This document shows, in pieces, positions 40,040 to 53,461 of a stretch of DNA of 64,000 nucleotides. Origin of the DNA: the human T2T-CHM13v2.0 reference genome, Homo sapiens; NCBI RefSeq assembly GCF_009914755.1, contig NC_060926.1; one strand, 5' to 3'. The notes beneath the pieces are model-generated. The model was not told the DNA's origin. It did not search any database and saw nothing but the letters and a program-made list of their open reading frames with translations. Position 1 is the stretch's first letter. The number at the start of each line of letters is the position of its first letter. Both the position numbers and the translations under genes were made by a program.

Positions 40040-40565
40040 CAGTAGTCCCCAACCTTTTTGGCACCAGGGACCAGTTTCATGGAAGACAATTTTTCCACGG
40101 TCCGGAAGTGGGTGGGGGCGGGGGGGTGTTTTCGAGATGATTCAAGCACATTACACTTATTGTGCACCTTATTTATATTATTATTACATTGTAATATATA
40201 AGGGAATCATTCTACAACTTGCCATAATGTAGAATCAGTGGGACCCCTGAGCTTGTTTTTCTGCAACTAGACGGTCCCATCTGGGGGTGATGGGAGACAG
40301 TGACAGATTGTCAGGCATTAGAGTCTCATAAGGCGCATGCAACCTAGATCCCTTACATGCACAGTTCACAATAGGGTTCATGTTCCTATGAGAATCTAAT
40401 GTCACTTCTGATCTGACAGGAGGAGGAGCTCAGGTGGTAATGCGAGCGATGAGGAGCAGCTGTAAATACTGTTGAAGCTTCACTCCTTGCCCACCACTCA
40501 CCTCCTGCTGTGTGGCCAGGCCACAGACCGGTACCAGTCTGTGGCCCAGGGGTTGGGGACCCCTA
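40040..40565 (+). mobile_element. MER1A hAT-Charlie element
   Basis: TIRs CAGTAGTCCCCAACC / GGTTGGGGACCCCTA; perfect 8-bp TSD ATTTAGAT at 40032-40039 and 40566-40573. Confidence 0.93.
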
Positions 40566-41139
40566 ATTTAGATGATACTTGGCTTTCCCATAACTTGAAA
40601 ATGAGACCCTTCTAATGTCCCAAAGTGACCAGAAAATTTATGGGATGAACCTAAGATAATGACCAAGGGAGAGGAAGGGAGAACCAATAGAACAGTTTCA
40701 AAGCAAAATAGTGTCAGAAGAATTAATCATATTTCGTGACTGTCTTCTACCCAGCCTAGTCCATTCCATATTCCTGTGTATATTTTCTCCCAGGCAGAGG
40801 GTCAGTGGTCCCTTGGCACTTCCAGAGATGACTTGAAATGGCATCAGGACTCTTCTGACACATATCATTCTAGTCCTGTAACAGCTCCCTCGATTTCTTT
40901 CAAGCTAAAGACTTCCCTGACATTTTTTAAATTGGTGTGAGCCATTAACTCGCATGTCACATAACTTATTTAATTCTTACTTAATTTGAGGCATCGGAAG
41001 ACAGGTCACTACATCACTTCTAGTTTTTTTCTGCAGCCTAAGCAGAAAGATATCACCATGTCTTTGTGGCTTTGTCGTATAGCCCTTTTCTCCTGATGAC
41101 AGTCCTGAGCTCATTATTTATACAAGTATGTAGAGAAAG

Positions 41140-41360
41140 TTAGAAGCATAGGTTTCAGAGTCAGACTGATGTGAGTTTTAACCCTGACTCTGTCACTAAT
41201 TATGTCATACTAGTATGTTCCTTAACCTCTCTAACCTTGGCTTTCTCACCAACAACACGAGCATGATATCTGCTTTATAGGATTGTCTTAAGGATTAAAT
41301 GATAAGAGCATAAATAAAACCTTTGGCACACTCTATGGTTCATAAATTCTAGAGAACGGT
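41140..41360 (+). mobile_element. MIR
   Basis: GAGTCAGACTG...CTTAACCTCTCTAACC...AGGATTAAATGA. Confidence 0.7.
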
Positions 41361-42505
41361 GGATTCCAATATAATAATGATGATGGTGATAGTTATAATA
41401 ATAACAATTATTATTGAAAGGATGTTGCCACAGCAAACTGCTGTGTTCATTATTGAGGTAATAATAACACCAATACCAAATGCCAATGCCAATACCCAAT
41501 ACCAAAAAAAGGCACTTTCCTTTAGTACATACTGGGAAAGAGGAATGTTATTGTAGATCCCTCCAGAGTTTTCCATCCCTTTCCTCCTTTCCTCCCCTAC
41601 AGCTTCTCCACCTTTCCTCCTCCCCCACAGCCCCCAGCTCCACCATGGATCAGCAGTCACTTATGCCCAGTGGTTACAGTCTGGAAATTATAGACACGGG
41701 CCCCTTGGAACAGTGTCTTCAAATCTGCAGAGAGAAGGGTGACCGTGCGGTAGGCCCACTCCTCTTGTCCTTATTCTTTTATTCTCTACACAACCACCAC
41801 CCCGCAAAGACAGACAAGTGGTTCAAACTTCTCTGGGGGTTAGTAATAACTAAAGACAATTACAAGAGACAGGAGTTTTGTTTTGTTTTGTTTTGTTTAA
41901 CCTAATTGTTTATTTCATCAGACTATCCCCTAGTCCGATAAATCTTTTCACTGCTGCACCTTGATGGCACGCTTAACTCCTAGTCTTGCTCTCTTCACTC
42001 AGGTTGTCTGCCTCTCCTTTTACATATCTACTACCATGTCAGCCCCGCTTTTGAGAAATATAATTCTACCCAGTGAGTCAGACTCACCTTTTTCTGAAGC
42101 TTTGTTTCCCCAAGCCTGGGTTGTTCACTCTAGAATTACCCTCCACTGGGACTCAAACTAGGAATTCAGGGTGGGCTTTGGTAATCTACATCTGCTGGCA
42201 CAGAATGTCCAGGAGGGGCACTGTGAGTCTGGTTTCATCTGAGATGTCTCCACCTGGGTAAGCTGTGGCCACAGTTTCCTATTCTTCTGTGACTCTAACA
42301 GATAACTATTTGGACTGTCCGTCTCTACCATCATCCCCATCCTACTCTCGACACACAACCACACGCTTTCCATGCACAAACTAACATTCCCAGAGTCAAG
42401 GCTTGGAAAGCATGGAGGAAGTAAAGCATTTCTCTGAAAGGTGAAAGACCCATCCCTCCTATCTCTTCTTCAAAATGGATTTAGTGTCCACATTCTTGTG
42501 TAAAT

Positions 42506-42643
42506 CCTGGTTAGCTCCTTCCATCCAAATCTTTTCCTCCTTTATCTAATTGTGCCATTCATTGTTTGAAAGCCTGGTTAGCTCCTTCCATCAAAACCTC
42601 TTCCTCCTTTTTCTGTCTAATTTGCCATTAATTGTTCTAACAG
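42506..42643. repeat. Imperfect ~67-bp tandem duplication
   Basis: CCTGGTTAGCTCCTTCCATC starts both units (42506 and 42573). Confidence 0.92.
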
Positions 42644-42889
42644 GATTTTTTTAATATCAATTTTGCACCTTTTAATGGCTGTTCCCTAAGCTACAAAAAC
42701 ACCAAGCCAAACTTTGAAATTATATTTTGTATTGACCTAATTAAGTCTTAAACAAGGCGCTTCCCTTTTTTCCTAGTTATATTATTACATTATTTTCTTC
42801 TAGTTGCCCTTTTATGTTGATACGGCAAAATTCAAGGCTCTACTTTAGATTTCTATTTGCTGGAACCCTGTCAGGAGATGAATACAAAT

Positions 42890-43120
42890 TATTATTTATC
42901 CACCAAACACTTACACAGCGCTTCCTATGTGCCAGGCTGTGGTCTAAGTGTTTTATAAACATTAGCACATTTAATCCTCATGAAAACTCTATAGATAGGC
43001 ATTATCATCACCCCCACTTACACATGAGGAAACTAAAGCACAGAGAGGTTAAGTAACCCAACTAAAGTCACACAGCTAGTGAGTGGTAGGATTCAGGCAG
43101 CTTTGACCAGTAGACTATCT
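42890..43120 (-). mobile_element. MIR
   Basis: TATGTGCCAGGC...ATTTAATCCTCA...ATGAGGAAACTAAAGCACAGAGAGGTTAAGTAAC. Confidence 0.85.
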
Positions 43121-44099
43121 TGCCTGGCTTTGTCATACAAACTACTTTCGCAGTTTTTATCACACTGAAAAAAAAATCCAGATGTAGGTAATTGTATCAT
43201 TGTCTTTAGATATGGAAGGAAATTAGACTCCAAAATGGCTACCTGGTTTTTCCAAGTCACAATTGGTCAAATCTCAAATTCAGAAAAGTGCTTGTATAAA
43301 TCCATGATCTAGCTATAGTAGACTGCCTTCTGCCTGCCTGGGTCTACTCAATGTAGTCTCTGAAGATAAACATGAAGGAATTTTTGCTATAGAATTTTAT
43401 TTCCTCACTTGACTTTGCTATCAATACAGTCATTTGATCAGACCTTTAACTAATGCAGAGCACATGTGCCCAGAGGATCCTGTAATGAATCCATTTTGTA
43501 AAATATAGAGAAAACTATAAATTATTTCCACATAAAGTGAGCATAGATCAAGGCTGCTATATTCCTGTGAGCATTGTGGTTTACCCTTAACCAAAATTGT
43601 ATTTTCTCCTTGTAAACGAGGATGAAAATTACATTGTTTTGACCTTTAGATCACTAGATCTTGTATTTTATTTATATATTTCTCAAAAGAATTCACAAAG
43701 GTATGCAGTCATTTAACCTGCTCCTAGAAAAAAAAAAAAGATAAAAAAGCAAAAATACTGGGCATGTAATAGACCTGCAGTAACTACTTCTTTATGGATT
43801 GAATTATTGAACAGTTCATACTTTGATCATTATTTAGTGCAATTTATGACTTTTAAGAGGCCATTTATCAATAATTCCTGAACGATTTTCCAAAACAAGT
43901 GCAAATCAAAAAAAAAAAAGAACAATATAACCTCTCTGACGGGATCCTGGTTATTGTGGTATTGATCGTACCTGATCATGATACAGGTATTATTAACTAA
44001 AGGTGAAGAAAGCAGAGATACTATATACATTTCTCACATTGAAACTTAAGCCCTCTTGAGCTAAAATTTCCCACCTTTGCCCTGTAGACATCTCTCCAA

Positions 44100-44820
44100 A
44101 ATCAATCACAATGTACTTGTTAAGCACCTACTGTGAGCAGATCACTAGATTGCATATTACAGATTCCAAAATAAGTAAGTCATGGCCCCTGGCTCCAAGG
44201 CATTTGTAGTTTACTGAAAAAGACAGAATTACAAACAAATACCAAGGATATTTTGATACAAGTACTGGTAAAGTTACCTATAAGATACTGAAGTGGTACA
44301 AAGAGGGAGTAATCCATTGACCAGAATGGGTCAGCAGTAGCATACAGGGAACTTCTTTCTTTTTAATTAGGTCTTGAGGGATAAGTAGGAGCCAGTTGAA
44401 CAATGTCCTAAAAGAGCATTTTAGGATACAAAACTTGGCAGGAACCAGATGGTAGAACACCTTGTAAATATCATGAAAATAGTTTGGACTTTGTTGACCA
44501 TTTCTAACAGTAAGACACTGTTAAGGAATTTGAGTGGAAAAATAATGGGATTTAGTTTCCCTTCTGGAAAGGATATTATGGTTACAATTGGCTGGATAGA
44601 CACAGAGCCCCAGCCTGCAGACAGGGAGGTCAGTTAGAAAATATTCTAAAAGCTCAAAAGAAAGACATTCAGGAACAAAAGCAAGATGGGGAACAGAATT
44701 TTTTTTTTTTTTTTTTTAACTAAGGAGGTCAAATGGATAGGATTGGGGAGATGAAGAAGGAGGAAATAAAGGAAGATGACTACTCACTTATGTGGTTCTG
44801 GGAGAATAGTGCTATTCTCT
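44100..44820 (-). mobile_element. L2 fragment
   Basis: TTAAGCACCTACTGTG...AGTCATGGCCCCTG... followed by a purine-rich L2-like body. Confidence 0.65.
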
Positions 44821-44837
44821 GAGCTTAGGACAGAATT

Positions 44838-45350
44838 TATCAGTTAAGGTGCTTTCAGCAGCAAATAACAGGAATTTCAATGAAAATTATATAAACCGAA
44901 AAGGAGTTTATTATCTCAACCACAAGTGTGGAAGTCAAGTAAGCCCAGAATTAGTCAACTGAACAAGTCCACCAGGGCCCAGGCTCCCTTTCCCTCCATC
45001 TTTTCACTCTCCATGCTGCTCGCAGGCACAGGATAGTGCCCACAGTTCCAAGCATCAACACGTGGCAGCATAAAGGGAGCATCGTGCACCTAGTGCTTCT
45101 TTTTCAGATAAAGGAAGCCATTTCCAGAATCTCACAGCAGATCTCAAGTCACAGTGCCAGAATGGAGTCAAATGCTCCTGCCTCACCCAATTGCTGACAA
45201 AGGAAACAATGCCCCCAGAGTGGCTTAGATCACTGTGACTGCTGGGGCTGGGTTCGCCCCGTCCTGGATCACGGGGAGGGTACAGATAGGAACAAAATGC
45301 TGTTATTACTAAGGAAGGGTTAGAGAAGAATAACACCAGGTAGGAACTAG
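44838..45350 (-). mobile_element. MLT1K-type MaLR LTR
   Basis: TATCAGTTAAGGTGCTTTCAGCAGCAAATAACAG terminus; TTCCAGAATCTCACAGCAGA...GCCAGAATGGAGTCA. Confidence 0.7.
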
Positions 45351-48306
45351 AATTAACCTGGTCTACTGCTGGGAAAATGATTAGTTCGGATTTTCTTCCA
45401 CATTTCCAATTGTGTAGGCAAGGTGCATGGAGGAAAAGGAAAATTCTAAAAGTAAAGTGTTAAGTAAAATTTCCTCAATATAAATAACCCACATGATCAA
45501 TATTTTGGAGACTCGGGAGATAAAGCAGACATCTTCAATCATTTTTATTTTTAGAAGCAAAAAATTCAGCCCCCTAACCTAATGTTTGGCTTGCGTGGAT
45601 GGCATCTAGTCCCAAATACTTAGCAAACATATGAATAATGGACATTCATTTGCCTTTTGCAAATGTTACAGGCCATAGACTGTGTCTCTCTATAAATTCC
45701 CTGAGCACATTTCCTCTTTCAAAGACTCTCCCTTCATGCCCTCCGCATAGGGAAGAGATGAAGCAATCAGACCTGACACTTTGCCACTCAGCTGATGCCC
45801 TTTTTTCTTCACAACCAGCCTATGTTTCAAATGAGATTTTCCAAAAAGGGGAAATTTAGGATTCTCCACCACCAGATATCTTAGTGGAAGAGCCACAGCA
45901 AACATATGATGCGCTTTTTGCTCTTCAAACCCCATATGCACCTTGGAATTCTCAGTCCTCTGAGCCGTTCTCACATTCTAGGACTCTGCTTCTAACTGCT
46001 TTGAAATATTTCTAGTATTTCTTGAAACACAAACGTGTTCTTCTGCGTTTAACACTAGTCTGATTCAATTATTTTTCAGCTTTATTATCACTGAATAAAC
46101 TAAAACCTTACAGTGAGCCTAATGAATGTATGTTTTATTCAAATAAGTCTGGTTGAATTTGATGTTTTTAATAGAGAAACACACAGTCTGGAACATGTTG
46201 CTTTAGTTCAGGAAGTAAAAGAATAAAATTCTTTCTGTTGATTTACTGTTGCATAAAAAATTGTAGGAGAAGTGCCAGCTACTTTGTTGTACTTCGTATA
46301 ACAATAACCAGAGCATTTAATAAACAAAAATTCCCTCATTTAGCAGGAAACCAATTTAAGTGATGGTTTAGAATCCTGACTCCTCCCTAGCCAACCTAAC
46401 AGAACAGAAAACCAGAAAGCTTTGCTGCATACCCGTTATTTTCCTCAACCTTGAAATTTATACATAAGGCATTAGTAAAGCCCCTTTGATGTAATAGAAA
46501 GGTCAATTGCATTGTCACTGTTTTTCTAACATGCTATTTGTTGAGCAAATCCTTTTTATTTCTCCTCCAAAGAAGTTTAGTTTGGAATGCACTAATGTGA
46601 TAAGCTGTTGACTTTCATCCTGGTCATTTAATTCCACAAAGTCAAAATGATCAAAGACAAAGCGATTTCTCACCTTGCTTTAAAAATCTTGCTGCCTCCA
46701 TGGAAGAGGGAAGGTAAACAGTCACACAGAGCTCCAGTTACCAATATCAAGATAAAAAAGAAATAGCTTTCCTTTTCCCATCTTTGAAATTATATATGGA
46801 TGTATGTAAAATACATTTCATAGCCTCAAGTCCTTTCTTTCTGATTGCAAACAATTGATTCTGAACAAGAACAAATAACATGGATGAGTAGAAGGAGAGG
46901 TAACCCGGTTACTAGGTAGTCTCAGTGAGTACCATGATAGCATGGTGCACTTTGGACAGGTGTCTACTACCAAACTCAGCTGCCCTTTGCTTTTTTATTA
47001 TTTCAATTAAAGTTCTATTGGAAAACTATCATTTATACTTTCCCATGAACCTATGTAGAAGATATGTGGTTAAGAGAATTAAAGAGAGCCAAAACTCTAA
47101 GGCAAGACAGAAATAATTTCATATTATTTTCTCCAAAACAGAAATCTAAGGGGAAGAGTATTCTGTGACCACATAACACCAATGGTCCCTTTTGAAAATT
47201 TTCATTGGGAAAAGCCACAGAATAACTCACTTTTGCCTGTGGGTTGCTTCCTTTCTGCCCTGGTTAAAGTCATCATTGCTTTTTTGGCAGAATTGCCCTT
47301 GTATTTGCCTGAAGTCACTAAAATAATCAGTTATTTTATATCTGCCTTAAAAATAACTCCCTCCCCAAACCATTTTTTTTCTCTGTTCTTTGGTAATATT
47401 CAGGACATTTCCTCAAATCTTAGAATCAATCCAATGCTGTACTCTGAGGAGAATCCTGATGCCTTCACTCATTTCTGTGCTAAGATAGGTTGCCCCCACA
47501 TCCTCTACCAACAGGAGTCCATGCTGGTTGGTTTTCTCATTTTTCACAGGAAACTGACTGTCCTACCACTGGTTGATTTAAATTCTAAAGCTTATAGATC
47601 CATCACCAATCAGCATTATAGAAAACTAGCTCTCCAAGGTTTCCTCCAGAAAATGAACTTTGAATGGTCAGCAATGCAGATATTTATAGCGCCAGATAAA
47701 AGAGTGATTTAAGAGAAAATGGAGGGTAATTGATTGATTCATGTATTCATATCCTGGGCAGTGCATTCATATCATAATCATCTGGTTTCTCCTGGAACTG
47801 CCTTCACTAAATTGTGCTTTAATGTTTGTTCATGGCTTTCAGTTGGTTTAATAACTGGTTGTGTAAAATACACTTCAACTTTTAGATAGTGCTCATTATA
47901 TAATTTAATCTTCCCTCTTTATGCAAAAATCATTCCAGAACTTAATGTCAAAATAACTTAGTCTCCTGTGAGAAACACGTTTATTACTTTCAGATTTTTT
48001 TTTAAATATGTGACTAACTTGTCACATTTCTCACCTTTGTACTGGCTGCCAGGAAGCTCAATGCAAATCTAAACAAGGCCTGTGGCCATTCGTGACAATA
48101 ATAATTTTTATGATTAACTTATTTGATTGTTTCATAAATCGGATCTGATTTTTCACTTTTTTATGTGCCTTATGATTATCTCTTCTGCCTTATATCCTTG
48201 AAATATTTTTTGGTAAGAGATGATGTGTCTGAAAATCCAAAAATTAAATTATTCTTATCTTGGCATAATAACATTTTCCCATTCTAAAACATATGAAAGT
48301 TTTATA

Positions 48307-48645
<339 letters not shown>

Positions 48646-48786
48646 TCAAATATTTTATCTTTTAAAAATATTGAAGAATAGAAATGAATATGATAGATTA
48701 TAGTAGACATTAACAAGCAATTAGTAAAATTAAAGATTTTTCTCCAGTGAGGCTAGGTTGATGAGGGAGACTGCAGGAACATTTTC

Positions 48787-50620
48787 TTTTCTTTTTAAAT
48801 CGAGCATTTTTTTCTTCAGCTTTTATTTTCAGTTTTAAGGTACATGTGCAGGACGTGCAGGTTTGTTACAGAGGTAAACGTGTGCCATGGTGGTTTGCTG
48901 CACAGATCAACCCATCACCTAGGTATTAAGCCCAGCATCCATTAGCTAATCTTTCTAATGCTCTTCCTCTTCCTATCCCCCAACAGGCCCCAGTGTGTGT
49001 TGTTCCCCACCTCCTGTCTCCATGTGTTCTCATCATTAGCTCCCACTTATAAGTGAGAATATGCGTTATTTGGTTTTCTGTTCCTGCATGAGTTTGCTGA
49101 AGATAATGACTTCCAGCTCCATCCATGTTTCTGCAAAGGACATGAACTCATTCGTTTTTATGGCTGCATAGTATTCCATGGTGTATATGTACCACATTTT
49201 CTTTATCCAGTCTATCATTGATGGACATTTTGGGTTGATTCCATGTCTTTGCTATTGTGAATAGTGCTAGAATGAATATACAAGTGCATGTATCTTTATA
49301 ATAGAATGATTTATATTCCTTTGGGTATATACCCAGTAATGGGATTGCTGGATCAAATGGTATTTCTGCTTCTAGATCTTTGAGGAACTGCCACACTGTC
49401 TTCCACAGTGGTTGAACTGATTTACACTCCCACCAACAGTGTAAAAGTGTTCCTTTTTCTTCGCAACCTCACCAACATCTGTTGTTTCTTGACTTTTAAT
49501 AGTCGCCATTCTGACTGGTATGAGATGTATCTCATTGTGGATTTTGTTTTGTTTTGTTTTGTTTTTTGAGATAGAGTCTTGCTCTGTTGCCCAGGCTGGA
49601 GTGCAGTGGCACAATCTCGGCTCACTGCAAGCTCTGCCTCCTGGGTTCATGCCATTCTTCTCAGCCTCCTGAGTAGCTGGGACTACAGGTGCCCGTGACC
49701 ACACCTGGCTAATTTTTTGTAATTTTAGTAGAGATGGGGTTTCACCACGTTAGCCAGGATGGTCTCAATCTCCTGACCTCATGATCCACCCGCCTTGGCC
49801 TCCCAAAATGCTGGTATTACAGGCGTGAGCCACCATGCCCGGCCCCTCATTGTGGTTTTGGTTTGCATTTCTCTAATGATCTATGACATTGAGCTTTTTA
49901 TCATATGTTTGTTGGTTGCATGAATGTCTTCTTTTGAAAAGTGTCTGTTCATGTCCTTTGCCCACTTTTTAATGGGGTTGTTTTATCTTGTAAATTTCTT
50001 TAAGTTTCTTGTAGACTCTGGATATTAGACCTTTGTCAGATGGATAGATTGCAAAAATTTTCCATTCTGTAGGTTGTCTGTTTGCTCTGATAATAGTTTC
50101 TTTTGCTGTGAAGAAGCTCTTTGGTTTAATTAAATCCCATTTGTCATTTTTAGCTTCTGTTGCCATCGCTTTTGGTGTTTTCATCATGAAATCTTTGCCC
50201 ATGCCTGTGTCCTGAATGGTATTGCCTAGGCTTTCTTCTAGGGTTTTTATGGTTTTGGGTTTTACCTTTAAGTCTTTAATCCATCTTGAGTTAATTTTTG
50301 TACAAGGTATAAGGGAGGGGTCCAATTTTTATTTTCTGCACATGGCTAGCCAGTTCTCCCTGCACCATTTATGAAATAGGGAATCCTTTCCCCATTGCTT
50401 GTTTTTGTTGGCTTAGTTGAAGATAGATGGCTGTAGGTGTGGGTCTTATTTCTGAGTTCTCTATTATGTTCTATTGGTCTACGTGTCTATTTTTATACCA
50501 GTTCCATGCTGTTTTGGTTACTGTAGCCGTGTAGTATAGTTTGAAATCAGGTAGCATGATGCCTCCAACTTTGTTCTTTTTGCTTAGAATTGTCTTGGCT
50601 ATTGAAGCTCTTTTTTGGTT
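48787..50620 (-). mobile_element. 5'-truncated older L1PA (about L1PA8-13) containing an AluY
   Basis: ORF2 C-terminal remnants ([16 protein letters not shown]; [10 protein letters not shown]); perfect 15-bp TSD TGCAGGAACATTTTC at 48772-48786 and 50621-50635. Confidence 0.95.
49546..49844 (-). mobile_element. AluY-like, nested in L1
   Basis: Diagnostics GCAAGCTC, TTCATGCCATTC, TTAGCCAGGATGG; TSD CTCATTGTGG. Confidence 0.93.
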
Positions 50621-51033
50621 TGCAGGAACATTTTCAAGAGGCCATGAAGTAAAGGATAGTTTTGGCAATTTTTTCACATCACCTTAAATATGCCATCGTT
50701 ATACCACTAAATTACAGTCAGATTGTCTATATTTCTGACTTTTCTAAAAGCTGTTGTCTTCTTGAGGGTATGACCCGTTATTTAGTCATTCCCAGTAGAT
50801 ACCACAATATGTGACCCATAGTAGGGCTTCAATAAATATTTCTGAATGTCAAGTGAGTTTTCATATATTCAGAGGCATTCCTGTCTTAATGTTTCGAGGT
50901 GCTTTCCAATCCTGTGATTTCAGTGAGTACCCTCTTATTTATGTTGCCATAGATACCATTTCCTTAATATAGTACTTGATGCAGCCCCTTGGTTTTGAAA
51001 TCATTTCACCTGTGAGCAAGACATTATCAGATT

Positions 51034-51283
51034 TTTGTATTTCAATAGCTTTAGGGGTACAAGTAGTTTTTGGTTACATGGATGAATTGTATAGTGGTGA
51101 AGTCTATACAATTCCAGTGCTCCCACCGTCCGAACAGTGTACATTGTACCCAATAGGTGATTTTTATATCCTTAGCCCCCTCCACCCTCCCCCTTGCAAG
51201 TCTCCAAGGTCCATTATGTTACTTTGTATACCTTTGTGTACCCTTGGTTTAGCTCCCTCTTATACGTGAGAACATTGCAGTAG
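51034..51283 (-). mobile_element. L1PB-type 3' terminus
   Basis: GGGGTACAAGTAGTTTTTGGTTACATGGATGAATTGTATAGTGGTGAAGTC; TSD GACATTATCAGATT / GACATTTTCAGATT. Confidence 0.88.
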
Positions 51284-51837
51284 GACATTTTCAGATTAAA
51301 AGAAGCCTGCATCCAAGCATTTCTCTCGTTGTTGATGAAATATACCAAAATCAACTCTTGAACACAGACTGTCATCTTCAGAACCCAAGAAAAATTAACA
51401 CAATATATTGCAAAGGATTGTTTTTACTATACTAACTTTTCCTAAAAATAGTGGTGATTATCCAGCACATATAAACAGAGAGTTTGAACAATTGTTTCAA
51501 ACCAAATCATTAAACCCGATTTTAAGTTTTGAGAAGTCATGCTTTCTAGAGCACTCTAAATGGCTCTTAGTGGTTTTATTTCTTGTGCTTGGCTTTATTT
51601 CTTCTGTTCCTGTCAAGCTGTGAAGAGGTTGTAATCTCATTAAGAAATGAGGGGCAAGTTTAAAGCAAATGTTAAAGGGCAATCTAATTACTTTGTGAAA
51701 TGTGAAATGTGTTCAAGACCCACAGACAAAGGTTCTTAGTTTTAACAAAATTTCTGTCTGACTTCAATAAAAGTTCTATTAATGCAATGTGTATGTGTAC
51801 ACTTATGTATACACTTATGTATACACATAGTTTCTCT

Positions 51838-51962
51838 TCGCTAGAACGTATGCTTCACCAGAGCAAGGATTTTTATCTGTTTTGTACACTAACTTATTCC
51901 AAGTGCCTAAAATAGGACCTGACATGAATCTATTCTCAGTAGACATTTGTTGAATGAATATA
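51838..51962 (+). mobile_element. L2 3' end
   Basis: AGAGCAAGGATTTTTATCTGTTTTG...AGTGCCTAAAATAGGACCTGAC...ATTTGTTGAATGAAT. Confidence 0.75.
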
Positions 51963-52440
51963 AAAAGTTCATGCTGAGTGAAAGATAGAATTTCACTATT
52001 AGCTCTAATGCAGTCCAATTAAACTTTTCCCATCATTTTATTTCGTGGACATAAAATCATTGGGACAGGAAGCCCCAGAGGAGAAACATGGAACATACAA
52101 GTAGCTCCCAGAATAGCCAGTGCTCAGCATCCTTGTATGATGCCTCCAAAAATTTGGAACCCCAAGATTATTTATCCCCACAATCAAATAATCTCTGGAA
52201 CACTTTCTTACCATTAAGTAAAATGTTTAGGGAGGAAAAACTCCCACCTGAACTACCCTCCCCACACCCATTATCATTCTACCCTGTTCACAACCTTCCC
52301 CTGAAACTTTCTTCCCAACAGAGCAAAATCAAATAAAGCATAAAGATATACAAATACAATTAAGTTCCAACCTAAAAGAAAGTACTTAGTACACTAAAAG
52401 TACTATCTGCCTAGTAGTATCTGCATCTCAGCTTCCCTAC

Positions 52441-52733
52441 CTGACCACAGATCCTTGAGACTTTGAAATGATTCCTCACTATTGGACAGCCTTTGGAAAC
52501 TTGGCCTCACACCATTTAAACTCATCTTTTCAGTTTCACAAAAGAGAGGTTTCCACTGAGGAACCAAAAAAAGTCTGTTGATCCTTGTCTCTGTCAGTGA
52601 CTCGGGATGGGCACTTGTTGTCTGAATAAGACCAGTTCTTGGTGAGTCCTTAGAGACCATAAAGAGCGTAGATGGACAGCTTTCACGTCTTCGCCTAGAA
52701 GTCCCAAGCTCATTTAGCTTTGACAGGCAGAGT
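52441..52733 (-). other. Candidate internal exon (probably non-coding/UTR)
   Basis: Minus strand: acceptor TCTCCTTTCTACAAATGCTTTCTCTAG|A and donor CAG|GTAGGG, 293 nt; no expression data. Confidence 0.3.
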
Positions 52734-52913
52734 CTAGAGAAAGCATTTGTAGAAAGGAGACAGTGTCTAAACACCCATGTTTGGAAACCATACATGAGAA
52801 ATGATTTCAAAAGAGCCACTCAGTGAATATATCCATTGAGGGTTGTTTCTATTTGACAGAAATTCATCAGGGTGAAAGGTGAAGGGGCCAATCAGACATG
52901 TAAATAATGAGTA

Positions 52914-53461
52914 AATGCATTATTTAGTACTTGACAAAACAGGCTCTTGGCTAGAATGCATAGTTATAGACATAGTCTTGAATACAATACTGCAAACATC
53001 CGGGCCTGAGGCCCTGAATATAGATCCTTCAGAGCAATAGTGAAAACAAAACCAGTTGATGTGTATTTGTCGTCTATCAAAGAACCCATCCCTGGAAAAT
53101 TCACCCCATTTTGTTTGTATTCTCTCTGAATGAATAAGAGAAATCATTGTAGACATAGGAGATGGAAGAAAAAAAATGTGAATCTTCATTTTAAATAATT
53201 CATTTCCTCCAGACCATACTTTAAATTTAAAGATCTAGCTTAAACATAAAATGAGAAACTTGAGTCTTATATTTGTGATGTTTTCATTCACTTCACGTCA
53301 AAGACCGGTCTCATTCAACTGGCTTTATTTTCACTATTGCCCTGAAGGACCTATATTGTCAAAGCCCCAGGCCCTGATGTTTGCACTACAGTATTCAAGA
53401 CTGTACTATGACTATGCAATCTAGGTAAGAGTGTGTTTTGTCAAGTAGCAAATAATGCATT
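52914..53461. repeat. Long inverted repeat (~146-bp arms, ~255-bp spacer)
   Basis: 52914-53059 aligns with the reverse complement of 53315-53461 at roughly 85% by eye. Confidence 0.95.

Noticed and set aside
41368-41505. ATA/ATG/CCAAT-rich stretch giving His/Tyr/Ile-rich ORFs
   Set aside because: Low-complexity sequence following a MIR
47182-47712. 176-aa ORF, the longest non-L1 ORF
   Set aside because: No recognisable domain and composition typical of AT-rich non-coding DNA; plausible by chance in 64 kb
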